Shown here one piece after another: positions 43,095-58,525 of a DNA stretch of 64,000 bases. Numbering within the stretch: the stretch's first letter is position 1; the number at the start of each line of letters is the position of its first letter. The notes beneath the pieces are model-generated. The model was not told where the DNA came from and made no database searches. It was given only the letters and a program-made list of their open reading frames with translations. The position numbers and the translations under genes were made by a program. The DNA is from Eledone cirrhosa (Eukaryota): NCBI GenBank assembly GCA_964016885.1, contig OZ024749.1:3286001-3350000 (forward strand), given 5' to 3'.

Positions 43095-43155
43095 ACCGAT
43101 GTCCTGTAATTGAGCGCCGAAACATCGGTTCTGGATATTTACAGCTGGCGAAGTA
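43095..43155 (+). ncRNA. Hammerhead-like motif with reversed strand order (inverted copy 42832-42892 -)
   Basis: ACCGATG-TC-CTGTAA...CGCC-GAAA-CATCGGT...TTACAG-CTG(A/G)CGA; 8-bp stem III and 6-bp stem I complementarity. Confidence 0.55.
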
Positions 43156-43265
43156 TCTTAGCCTTAGTCTTAGTTCCTCCACTCCCCTGTGGAACATTGG
43201 GCGACGAGCTTCCTCCACTTGATCCTGTCACTGGCGGCCCTTCTAGCACCTCTCCTGATAATGGG
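43156..43265 (-). mobile_element. RTE-like LINE 3' terminal fragment
   Basis: Minus strand reads RRAASDRIKWRKLVAQCSTGEWRN* followed by a short (CTAAGR)n tail. Confidence 0.65.
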
Positions 43266-43450
43266 TTGCGTCTTGCTCAAGAACACAAGACGCAACCCAC
43301 AAATCGAACCCATGACATTATGATCGTAGTTCCACGTGGAGGCACGTGAGCTAGTGGTAAGGGTGTTGGACTATGATTATAATGCCTTGGCTTCGATTCC
43401 TGGGTTGCGTGTTGTGTTCTTGAGAAAAACACTTTATTTCACGTTGTATA
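43265..43450. mobile_element. Head-to-head pair of CORE-like SINE 5' parts
   Basis: Plus copy 43337-43450 and inverted copy 43265-43335, both with TTCGATT...TTCTTGAG. Confidence 0.6.
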
Positions 43451-45732
43451 TCTTTAAAAGGTAAACATATAAAACAACACAATCGGTACAGTATATGGAA
43501 GGAACATATTAGATTAACGCATGAAATAGCAGGAATAGGATATTAAGGCTTCGGACGCTAGTCCTTCATCAGAAAAAATAATTAGTAATGAGCAAGGTTG
43601 AAAAATAGGAAAAAATGTTTTTAGTGAAAAATAACAGATCCATGCATGATGCCATCTCTTGGAAACTGTTGATACTGCCAATATATATATGAAGATCCTG
43701 TTAAGGGTGAAAGCAGCGATTCTTTGCTTAAACATTAATCTGTTATTTTAATACATATTTTCTCTACGGTTCTTATATAATTGATATATATTTATCCTTA
43801 TTTAGTCTCTTTGGATTTTAGTCTTCAAATTTATCATTATTACTATATATATATATATAATAAAAAATCGGAAGTGTTTGCGTTGTGCCAGCACCGCTTC
43901 CGACACTCCTTCCAAAGCTTTAAACCTAATATATAACAATGTTAGACTTGAACTCATCACCGCTTCTAACACCGCACCTCAAGGGCTTGCCTTCCACCAC
44001 TACAGCACACTCTCTGATCCACCCTTTCCTCGACACAAGTCATTCTATCTATCTATAACTTTATACCCTAGAAATATCCCCATAAACACCAACTTTTTTT
44101 ATAATTACTTTTAATTACTTATAATTATGTAGGGATTGAAATATAATACAGTTTATAGAAACTTTAAATACTAGCTACAACAATGAATTATATATGCATT
44201 TGTAATTAAATGTATAGAGTAATAACATTAGATATATATAGGATTAATTTATTAACATAAGGGATCTGTTTAACTTATATGTAGGGTGGTGCAATGAATT
44301 ATATATGCATGTATAACTTAATGGATAGACTAATGACATTTTAAATGAGGGATGTATTTGTTTACCCAAGAGATGTATTTGATGTTATCATGCAAACAGC
44401 CGTACGCTGCTCCATAGCTTACCAAGTGTTATGTAGACACAATTCTAATTGGTCCTTTGATATGTTTTGAGAGTAGAATGTATTTACAGTGAATGTTGAT
44501 ATAAAGATATAGCACTTTGTGTGGGAAATTCAATTATAGCGCTATATAATAAGGAGTAATCAACTTCCTATACATACCTTTAATACACTATGATAGATTA
44601 GACTGTATTTTAAATTAAATATACATATATAACCTTTTATATAAGGGACTCAATTGAAGCACCATATAATGTATGTTAGAACTATGAATCAGCTTGTTAC
44701 CTCCCCTTACGCATTAACTCCCCTTAATTACACACCTACTTCCGAATAATAAACCGCAGCAGAAAGAACCTATTCTATAAATATGGATTATATAACACTG
44801 AGCCTCAATACGTTACAATCATATACTACATCAAACATTCAATACGAGTTCATCGTAACATATGTGATGGATGTGAAAATTATAACTTCCATTTTCTGAT
44901 TGTGAAAATGGTGATGGATGCAAAAACTATAACTTTCATTTTCTGCACACATACTTTTTTGATCTATACAAAAAATACCCTCCCACTACAACCACCATAA
45001 TACTCTTGCTTACCCGCTTAAAGTGCTTGTATTACATGTCATAACTTGCCACACTATACTCGTATATAAATGAGACACACTTGCATGCTGCATGTATGAC
45101 TAACGCATACACTATCTACTAGATCTGATTATCGAACTATCCTCTTGCATTATCTGTGTTATCTGCCACTTGTATATTAGTTTTGATTTTAAATTTGAAT
45201 TGCTATACAAATATAGTATAGTATAATATATGTCACTCCACTGTACATCAATATATATATATATGTATCTGTATGTCTCTTGCGTTGGATAGGAGGTCAA
45301 TTATATGTACAAGCATTAACAAATGGTCCGAAGACTCCAAGCCTAGGTTTGGATGAAACAATTGTAAGTGAATAAATGCTTTGAACATAGCTTTGATTCT
45401 TGTGAATTCTCTCTCTCTCTATATATATATATATATACTATACATGTTAAAAACAATATGCTGCCACGACGCCGAAATGTCTATGGTTTGGAGATAGCTT
45501 TTCAGTCTAACACACCTGGAGCTGTCTGGTCGAATACCAAGGATGATATTGTTCAGTTTTCCCGGTAAGTTGAAGTTATGTGCCCTAATATTACACAACT
45601 TCTCTCGAGAAAAAACACTCGATCCTGTTCTCGAAACAACTAGAATGTAATAAACTTGAATTTTGGTATCTCCCCCCCCCATCTTTCTCTCTCTCTATCG
45701 CTCTCTAACTCTCTCTGTACATTCATAAACTG

Positions 45733-47520
<1,788 letters not shown>

Positions 47521-48038
47521 AAGAATGAAATAATAACAGGTAGACATCATAAAAGGTAATTTATTCCGTGTGCTTACAAGTGTTTCCACGGTGGTACTGC
47601 AGCCTAGTTATGCTACGGGCAAATTCACAAGTACTTGCAGAACTCAAATATCCAATGCTGTGACCACTGTTTCCTCAGAGGAAACAGTTGTCACAGCATT
47701 GGATATTTCCTCAGAGGAAACAGTGGTCACAGCATTGGATATTTGAGTTCTGCAAGTACTTGTGAATTTGCACGTAGCATAACTAGGCTGCAGTACCACC
47801 GTGGAAACACTTGTAAGCACACGGAATAAATTACCTTTTTATGATGTCTACCTGTTATTATTCCTTCTTTATATACACTCCGGAATACTGAAGGATCAGG
47901 AACTAAGTTTCTTCAACAATTCTTCCATAACTCGTAGAGTAACCTCTTACCGTACGTCAACCATATCCAGTGTAGTAATTAACCATTACTACATCTTGGA
48001 TAATCCTATACCTAATATATATATATATATATATATAA

Positions 48039-48502
48039 GTATGTACACGTACATACATATATGTATACAGACGTAGGTAGTATGTATATATATATATATA
48101 CATACTTGCACACATATATATATGTACGTATCGATTCACCTAACGGATTCATTAACGGCTGAGTAGCCCAATTTGCATATCGAGTGGGTTAATCGGCCGG
48201 GTGCACCGAAAACAAATATGCATAAGGTAAGTATATACGTTCAACAATCTGGCAGGAAGATATACGTTGCTGACGATAGCTAATAAGCTTGAAACTAGTA
48301 CAGCGTTCCTTTGTCAGTGTTGAACAAATGAGCAATGATGGTTGCTGGACACTACGGCTTATTACGGGATGTTTGTTTACACGGACCATTATAATAAATG
48401 TTCGGTGAATCCATACGTACATATATATATATGTGTGCATGTATGTATATATATACATACTACTGTACGTGTCTATACATATATGTATGTACGTGTACAC
48501 AC
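48039..48502. repeat. Fold-back element with ~100-bp imperfect inverted arms
   Basis: 48039-48140 is reverse-complementary to 48404-48502. Confidence 0.7.
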
Positions 48503-48565
48503 CTATATTTAAGTAACAGCCGAACTAAGAGTGGGAAATGAAATTGCGTTTCATTTTCGTTCGTT

Positions 48566-48613
<48 letters not shown>

Positions 48614-48725
48614 GTATAATGTATATATGTAGATAAATATATATATATATATGTGTGTGTCTGTGTATACATGTGTGTGTGTGTGTATGTGTATATATAT
48701 ATATGTGTGTGTGTATTTGTGTATG

Positions 48726-48757
<32 letters not shown>

Positions 48758-50164
48758 GGGGTGTGTGTTTGTTTATATATATATATATTTAATTATATAC
48801 ATGCGTATGATTGTATAATTCACACGTACATTATAGGATTTTGTGTCCTGCCATTGAGGCATCTGAATCCGATATATATTAATCACATATACGTGTGATC
48901 GGCAATAAGAAAGCAGCGCCTATGCTTCTTCTACATTTCCTAAAAGTACAGCTTGTGTTGAGAATTCTGCTATAGACATTTCAAAAACACCATGGTTAAT
49001 ACTCCAATGAAGCCAATAGACAGATAATAGACACGAAATATATTTAAACATATATACATAAAACGTACATACATGCATGTACACATGTATTGCACACATA
49101 TATATATATATATAAACTAGAAATAGATTGACATATATATATATATATAAATAAACATATGGAACAATCACAGTAGATAATTTGTAAAGTATGTAAGCAC
49201 ACATAGCTAGGTAGGTAATCAATTAAAGTTTAACTAGAATTTCAAATATAGATCTTTTGAAGACTTATACTGATTAATCTCCTTTGTATATATTTCTTTA
49301 AACAAAAAATATATTTCACCAATTAATCAGTAAATCACAGTACTCAAATCCTGGATGGTCACCAAAGGTGAAGAAATAACTATCTGCGTTTACAAAGAAA
49401 ATGCAAATCTGTCAATGACTCGAACCACGTGTTGCTTTTACAAAAAATACACACATCGCACAGCGTCACCCCAGTCGCGTGAATAGGATTATCGACAGCT
49501 AGATATAAGAGCCGAGTCCATTCAAATGAGTTACCACTACAATTAAGGGGCAATATATATATCCAAAATTAAATTAAGAGTTGTCATGTCTGAGAGACAT
49601 ACGCCAAATCCACTGCAGAATAAGCTCAACGATTCAATGAATAGATCCGAGCATTTCATATCAACTAGAAATAGATTGACACATATATATATATATAAAA
49701 TAACCATATGGAACAATCACAGGGGATAATTTGTAAAGTATGTAAGCACACATATCTTGGTTTGTGTCATTCACAGATTTGCATTTGCTTTGTAAACGCA
49801 GATAGTTATTTATTCTCCTTGGTGACCATCCAGGGTTTGACTACTGTGATTTACTGATTAATTGGTGAAATATATTTTTTATTTAAAGAAATATATACAA
49901 AGAGATTAATCATTTTAAAAGGTATCTATATTTGAAGTTATAGTTAAACTTTAATTAGTACCTACCTAGCTAGGTGTGCTTACATTCTTTACAAATTATC
50001 CCTTATGATTATTCCATATGTTTAGTTTATATAAATATATATATATGTCAATCTATTTGTAGATGATATGAAATGCTCGGATCTATTCATTGGAATCTTT
50101 GAGGTGATTCTGCAGTGGGTATGGCGCATGTCTCTCAGACATGACAACCTTAATTTAATTTTGA

Positions 50165-52273
<2,109 letters not shown>

Positions 52274-52473
52274 NNNNNNNNNNNNNNNNNNNNNNNNNNN
52301 NNNNNNNNNNNNNNNNNNNNNNNNNNNNNNNNNNNNNNNNNNNNNNNNNNNNNNNNNNNNNNNNNNNNNNNNNNNNNNNNNNNNNNNNNNNNNNNNNNNN
52401 NNNNNNNNNNNNNNNNNNNNNNNNNNNNNNNNNNNNNNNNNNNNNNNNNNNNNNNNNNNNNNNNNNNNNNNNN
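52274..52473. other. Assembly gap (200 N)
   Basis: Run of N. Confidence 1.
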
Positions 52474-52510
<37 letters not shown>

Positions 52511-52784
52511 TTACTAATAATAATAATAATGATTTCATTTATTGGCCACAAGGGCCGACATATAGGGGACAACACAATAGACAGGGACAGTGGGGGTTTA
52601 CATAGAGATCGAGTAAGTATAAATAACAAAAAAAACAAAATAACAATAAAAATACAACAATGAAAGTTCCCCAATAAGAGGGATCACCACCCAGGGTTGA
52701 CTCAAGCACCCCACCAGTCCTGAGCCACCCGACGCTCCTAGGGCACCCGGGAAGGGCACCCCTCTCCTTCTCGAATTCACCAGC

Positions 52785-55700
52785 CTACAGGCGCATGATC
52801 AGAGTAGGCCCACTCACGCGGGCCATTCTCGCCACATTCACCCACCTTTCAGTAAATGTACTGGGGGGCAGCACTTCTCTCTCCACCCTCACCTTCCTTT
52901 CCAAGTGAAACTTGAAGAAGTTGATGAGGGATTGGCCGAAGAGAAAAGTGTCCGTCTTCAGTCCTTTCAACCTGGTCCACCATGCAACCTCTTTCGCTAC
53001 TGCCACCAGGCAGAGGAAAATTGCCTGCCCTTCCTGACCAAAAGAAGGCGGCGGGTCAATCTTCACTATGGACTCGGACGATAGCCGGATCCGTTCTACA
53101 CGCGACAATAGCTGTTCGACATAACCCCACAAGTCAGCAATGCACGGACACTGGACGAGTGCGTGCAGAACGGTTTCGTCGCTCTGCGCGCATCTCGGGC
53201 AGGTTCGTCTGACAGCACTTCCGTGCCTGTAGAGTTTATCCCGAACCGGCAGCGCCCCCCGGTAGCACTGCCAAGCGAGGGATTTCTGGAAGTTATCCAT
53301 CGTCCCCGGCTCGAAAGTCCTCCGGAACATACTGGTCAGTTCTACTTCGTTGACGCCCAGAGCCTCTCCTAGTACGTCATCGCACTTGCCCTCCACTAAT
53401 CCTCTATAGAAATCTTGAGTGGAAGTTCCACTGACCGCATTGCCCACCTTGCAGAGTGCAGTGAGCGCCTGGCAACATTCCAGATGCCAGTCGCCCAGTC
53501 TCGGTCTCTTCTTGACCCAGGACTGCAGCTCAGTCAAAGAGATGAGCTGCGGAAAGGCCCGTCTAACAAACGGCGACCACACCTGTTCACCGTTTAGGCA
53601 AAATATCTGGAGATGTCGCAGCCTCAGCGCATGTCTGCGCATCATTAGCCACGGCATGCCCAGCCCTCCACGAAGAGGGTGCTGGCAGCAGATGGACCGC
53701 CTCACCAACGGGACCCGTCCCCTCCACAAAAATTTGAAAAGGAGCCGTTCCAAATTGGCGAGGCGTGGACGGGGGCAAGGCACGACGGTCAGGCGGTAGT
53801 AGATGACGGACGCGATGTACGCGTTCGCCACCTCCGCCCGCCCTTTCAGTGATAGCTTTCTCTCAGCCCATTTCTGGGTGAGGTTGGCTATCCTGCTCGT
53901 CACCTCGTCCCAATTCTTATCCACCTGGAGGTCTGGTCCGAACCAAACCCCGAGCAACTTTACCGGTCCGTCTGTCCAGCGCCCAACGACGCTGTTGGAC
54001 GGCATGGACTTGCCTCTCCAGGTGCCGAGCTGCAAGCCCACCGACTTTTCCGGGTTAAGTTTTGCTCCCGTCAACCTTTCATATTCCTCCAAATGGGTGC
54101 GGATCACCTCGATTTCCGAGGTGTCCGACACCATCACGGTGATGTCGTCCGCATAAGCGGACGCAGCCTTTCTGCGTCCCGGTTCGAGCGGGATGCCCTG
54201 CAACAACTCCAGCTTCCGCAGTAGAGGCTCAAGAGTCAATACGTACAGAAGTGAGGAGAGAGGGCACCCTTGACGGACCGATCGAGAGATCTGAAACGGT
54301 TCCGAGAGGTGGCCATTAACTTTGACCACCGAGCGGATGCCGCTGTACATTGCAGCGATCCAGCTTCTGAAGACGGGGCCGAAGCCAGCCGCCTCGAGGA
54401 CAGCCTCCAAGTACCGATGGTCGACCCTATCGAATGCTTTCGATTGATCTAAATTGATCAGAGCCCCACCGAAGCCAGGTTTGCACCCAACCCTCTCTAT
54501 GATGTATCGCATGAGGTGGAGGTTGTCGTGTATGGACCTGGTCGGGATTGCGCAAGTTTGCGCCTCCCCAACCAAATCTTTGACGACAAGCGCCAACCTT
54601 TTCGCTAACACCTTGGCCAAAATCTTAAACTCTGTGTTGAGCAGGGTTATGGGCCTGAAATTATCTAGTGTGTCCCTCTTGTTCTCGTCTTTCCTTATCA
54701 GCGTCACAACGCCACGGCTCACAGAACTGGGAATGCTCCCGTTCTGCTGCCAGTTGCAGTAGAGCGCTTCGAGGAGATCGGAGAACAAGTCTGGCATATT
54801 TACGTAAAGCTCGTAGGGCAGACCATCCAAACCGGGTGACTTGCGACTCGAGCAGCCGACAAGGGCGTCCTGAATTTCGGCTGATGTTATCGGCTCTTCG
54901 CAGCGCTCAGCGTCGGCCGTCGAGAGGCGTGGCAAGCCGTCGAGGTAGGGACTGAAGTCCGCCGCCGTCTCCGACTCACCCATCCTCCCGAACAATCGAG
55001 CAAAGTGCTGGCGAAAGGCCTCACACATCTGCTTGGAATCGCTCAGTTCGTGTCCATCTCGATCCGTCAAAGACCGAATTGTGGTTTTATTTCCACGCTG
55101 CGTCTCTGCAAAGCGAGCCCATCGGGCAGCTTTGGTTCCCTCGTTCCTCAGAGCACGCGCCTTAGCTCTGACAATGCAACCTTCGTGTTTCGCATTGAAG
55201 AAATGGTCTAGTGCCATTCTCGCCGCTAGCACGTCTGTTGCAATGCCACTACAAATAGCCTCGTCTAACTTAGCTATCAGCCCCTCCTCCTTTCTATTTT
55301 TCTCTATTGCTACTTCTTTGCTAAATCCTATCGAGGTTGCTCTAATCTCTCTTTTGAGTGCCCCCCACCACCTGTTGTTGACAACCCCCCCTGTCAACTT
55401 TTGCTTAACTAAGTTGTTGACCCGGTCCCTGTAAGCTTTACGTGCCGGAAACGACATGTTTAGCTTCCAGTAGCTAGGTCCTAACCTACGTGTCTTATCT
55501 AGGTCGACCATACAGATCACAAGCTTGTGATCTGAATAGGCAACCGTTTTAAAATGTGGACATCCTACACTATTTCTATCTCTTTTCCTAATGAAAATCC
55601 TATCTATGTACGATCTAGATGACCCTATGCGATTGGTCCAGGTCCATACTGGCGCATTAGGGAAATCTAGTCGGTACCTGTCAGACAGTTGAACCTGGCT

Positions 55701-56204
55701 GATCAGGTACTTGAGGCTTTTGCACCCCCCGCTCCTATCAGATACTCCCACACAATCCCAGCGTGCTTCTAAGATGCCATTCCAATCCCCTATTAACAGT
55801 AAAGGGCGAGATGTAAGCAGAAAGTTTTCCAGGCGCCTAAAGAAGTCCGGCCGACCGGCCCCAGTAGGGGCGTAGACGGCCACCAGTCTAAAGGCACCAC
55901 CTTCGCTATTGCTCACGTCCAGGACCACCAACTTTCCGTCAGGATCCCGGAAGATTGACCTTACCTCGAGATCCAGACATTTCCTAAACAGCACAGCCAC
56001 TCCACCTCCCATTCCCGGCCGACTAACAGATGCAAAGATCTGATAATCGTCGAAAATCGGCGCCAGTGCGCGTGTGTCGGAAATTCTGGTCTCGCTGATG
56101 GCAATTACATCCATTCCTAGTGACCTGAGGTCGTTGAGCAAGTGACCTTGCTTCCAGGGCGACCCCAGGCCACGAACATTTAAACTTCCTACTCTTATGG
56201 CCAT
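52785..56204 (-). CDS. LINE ORF2: APE endonuclease + reverse transcriptase + C-terminal Cys/His domain (1139 aa, uninterrupted)
   Basis: APE motifs SLNVRGL, ISET, VYAP, GDWN, IDRIF, SDH. RT motifs FRPITLLN, DQSKAFDRVDH, VRQGCPLS, YADD. C-terminal CPRC...ETVLHALVQC. Confidence 0.97.
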   Translation of the reverse strand: MAIRVGSLNVRGLGSPWKQGHLLNDLRSLGMDVIAISETRISDTRALAPIFDDYQIFASVSRPGMGGGVAVLFRKCLDLEVRSIFRDPDGKLVVLDVSNSEGGAFRLVAVYAPTGAGRPDFFRRLENFLLTSRPLLLIGDWNGILEARWDCVGVSDRSGGCKSLKYLISQVQLSDRYRLDFPNAPVWTWTNRIGSSRSYIDRIFIRKRDRNSVGCPHFKTVAYSDHKLVICMVDLDKTRRLGPSYWKLNMSFPARKAYRDRVNNLVKQKLTGGVVNNRWWGALKREIRATSIGFSKEVAIEKNRKEEGLIAKLDEAICSGIATDVLAARMALDHFFNAKHEGCIVRAKARALRNEGTKAARWARFAETQRGNKTTIRSLTDRDGHELSDSKQMCEAFRQHFARLFGRMGESETAADFSPYLDGLPRLSTADAERCEEPITSAEIQDALVGCSSRKSPGLDGLPYELYVNMPDLFSDLLEALYCNWQQNGSIPSSVSRGVVTLIRKDENKRDTLDNFRPITLLNTEFKILAKVLAKRLALVVKDLVGEAQTCAIPTRSIHDNLHLMRYIIERVGCKPGFGGALINLDQSKAFDRVDHRYLEAVLEAAGFGPVFRSWIAAMYSGIRSVVKVNGHLSEPFQISRSVRQGCPLSSLLYVLTLEPLLRKLELLQGIPLEPGRRKAASAYADDITVMVSDTSEIEVIRTHLEEYERLTGAKLNPEKSVGLQLGTWRGKSMPSNSVVGRWTDGPVKLLGVWFGPDLQVDKNWDEVTSRIANLTQKWAERKLSLKGRAEVANAYIASVIYYRLTVVPCPRPRLANLERLLFKFLWRGRVPLVRRSICCQHPLRGGLGMPWLMMRRHALRLRHLQIFCLNGEQVWSPFVRRAFPQLISLTELQSWVKKRPRLGDWHLECCQALTALCKVGNAVSGTSTQDFYRGLVEGKCDDVLGEALGVNEVELTSMFRRTFEPGTMDNFQKSLAWQCYRGALPVRDKLYRHGSAVRRTCPRCAQSDETVLHALVQCPCIADLWGYVEQLLSRVERIRLSSESIVKIDPPPSFGQEGQAIFLCLVAVAKEVAWWTRLKGLKTDTFLFGQSLINFFKFHLERKVRVEREVLPPSTFTERWVNVARMARVSGPTLIMRL

Positions 56205-56233
56205 GCTGGCAGGATGAATGGGAGAGGAAAGGT

Positions 56234-58143
56234 TTACTTACCTTCCGGGGTCTTGTGAAGGTCGGGTGGTTCGACCTCCATGGTTTGTGGGGTTTCTTTT
56301 GGGAACCCCTTTAATAGTCTTGACGTGGGTTTTACGTTCGGGGTTCCCACATCCCGAGGAAAGCTCTTTCGAATTTCTTTGTATGAAGCGAGCGACATTC
56401 GCATCAGAAGCAAATTATCTGGTACGCGAAATGTGCTCGCTTCAAATGTTTCCCCGTCTTTTTCGATGTTTGTGCTTCGTGCTACATGGGCCATCAATTC
56501 CTTGTTGGCCCTTCTGGCGAGCACGAAGTTTTTAATGTTTTGTTGCTCGGGTTTTATTTGTTCGTGTGATTGTGGTGGTGATAGCTTTGTTAGTGTTGTT
56601 TCTATTGTGTCTGCGTTTGTTGTGGGTGGGGTGTCTGTAGTTTCTGATGTTTGTGTGTCTATTTGTTCTTGTGTCTGTTTAGCTTGTTTGCGTTTGGGGG
56701 ATTTTGGTGGTTGTGTTGGTGATGCTGTGGGGAAAATGTTTGTGTGGGTGGTGTGTGTATTTTTTTTTGTGGGGGTGTCTGTGCTTTGTGATTTCTTTTT
56801 TTTTTGTGTTTTGTTTTTTGTATTTTGGGGGACTTTGGTTTTCCCTCATCTTCACTGCTGGAGGATGAGGGGTCTGTGGCTGTGAGCGTGTTTGTGTCTG
56901 AGTGAGTGTTTATGTTCTTGTTCGTGTGTGTATTTTGGGGGGGATGGGGAATGGGAGAGCTTTCCTCGTTTCCCCCCTGGGTGTGCAATTTTGGTGGTTC
57001 CATTGTTGACGGTGTTGCTGGTGGTCCTTGTCCCGGCGTCGCCAGCAGTGGAATCTTTCGACCCCTTGCGCTTTTCGGCAGTTGAGGGCAGAAGGCTCGC
57101 AAGTGTGTCGTTTCCCCACAAAGGAAACAATGCGGCCTTTTGCCCTCAGTCATTATATGCAACACCCTCCCGTTTTGGAGGCGGATGTGGTCCGGGATTG
57201 TTTTTACGTTTTCGGGTCTGATTTGGAGCAGTATCTCCAGATCAACCCCGGACCAGTCGTCCCTGGCAGTTCTCGTTGCCTCTACCGGGACTGTATCCGT
57301 TCCTTCCACGATTACGCAACCCAGGAGCCACCACATATCAAGTCCTGGTGGAATCCTGGGAATGCGCACACGTGCTATTCGTTTTCCCATGTGGGAGGGG
57401 TACATTATGACCTTGCTGGTTTTGCAAGGGGTCATTGAATGCTTCACAGCGAGGGCTTCAGACTTGAACAGCACCGAAACGGTGCCGTATTGCCTGCCCC
57501 TCTCTATGAAGTCTGTGTCCTCTCTGATGTATTTCAGTGCGGCTTCTATGTCAGCTTGGGCGATTATCGCTGCCCTCTTTGTCTCTACTGAGATGCATCT
57601 GAAATGCACCGTTCTTTTTTCCACTGCCTCAATGGCTTCTGCCGGGACAGTTAAGTTTGCCCAGGTCTGCTCTTGATTTATGATTTTCCAGGCCTGGGCC
57701 AACTTTTCCTCTCTGTTGGTTAAGTCGATGCTGTAGCATGGTCTCCTTTTAGCCGCTGCCACAGCAGCGAAAGTGTTCTTGTTGGTGTTGTCACTGTTGT
57801 TGTTCTTGTTGGTGTTGCTGCTGCTATTGCTGTTGTTGTTCTCCCCTGTGTCGTGGTTACCTTCTGTGCTGTTGGCCTTGTTGGTGCTGCTGCTGTCGCT
57901 ACTATTACTCTCTGTGCTGTTCGTTTTGTTGGTGCTCTCGCTATTACCACCTTCTGCGCTGTTCGGCTTGTTGGTGTTGGTGTTGTCGCTGTTACCACCT
58001 TCCGCGCCGCTCGGCCCGTTGGTGCTGGCACTGTCGCTGCTCACATTCGTGCTGGTGGCGCTCCTCGCCTCACCTCTCCTCTCAACGCTCAAGTCGCCGT
58101 TGCACGACAGCAGACCCGCCTCTAGGGGGCGTGGCTCCGCCAT
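56234..58143 (-). CDS. LINE ORF1, gag-like with CCHC knuckle; reading frame broken by one base at the A10 run 56796-56805
   Basis: The 494-aa ORF 56659-58143 has a low-complexity N-terminus and CFLCGETTHLRAFC. The -1 frame is open from the A run to a stop at 56234, 29 nt before the ORF2 ATG. Confidence 0.85.
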
Positions 58144-58377
58144 GTTTTTTTGAGAAAAAAATTATTATTTTTTTCAAAATAAAGTTCAAATATTTGGGCC
58201 AAAAGGCCCAAATATTATGAGTTATTCCTTCACAGGATACAAATTAATGTCTTATAATGCTTCAGCGGTACAAAAAATAAACAATTCTCTACAATTAATC
58301 CTCAAAAATTGCTTACTCACGGAGCTTCAAAAAACGTACATCCACTTTCGTCAATAATAATAATAATAATAATAATA

Positions 58378-58525
58378 ATAATTGTTTCTACATTTGGCAC
58401 AGCAATTATCCCATTGCATTACTGGTACTTTATTTTATCGACCTCGTAAGGATGAAAGGCAAAGTTAACCTCGGGGGGATTTTAACTCAGACCATAAAGG
58501 GGCGTGACTCTATACTGCAAAATCA
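58378..58525 (-). mobile_element. Nin-type SINE whose (ATT)n tail adjoins the LINE 5' end
   Basis: Family similarity; (AAT)n at 58353-58380. Confidence 0.82.

Larger units (their letters stand above)
52474..58352 (-). mobile_element. Full-length L1/Tx1-clade non-LTR retrotransposon (5'UTR, ORF1, ORF2, 3'UTR with AATAAA, (ATT)n/(AGT)n tail)
   Basis: Two-ORF layout. The 5' end GACGAAAGTGG abuts (ATT)n at ~58352. The 3' end GGCCAATAAATGAAATC is followed by ATT/AGT repeats running into the N gap. Confidence 0.93.

Noticed and set aside
52982-58153. Plus-strand ORFs overlapping the LINE
   Set aside because: Antisense shadows of ORF1 and ORF2 with no independent motifs.
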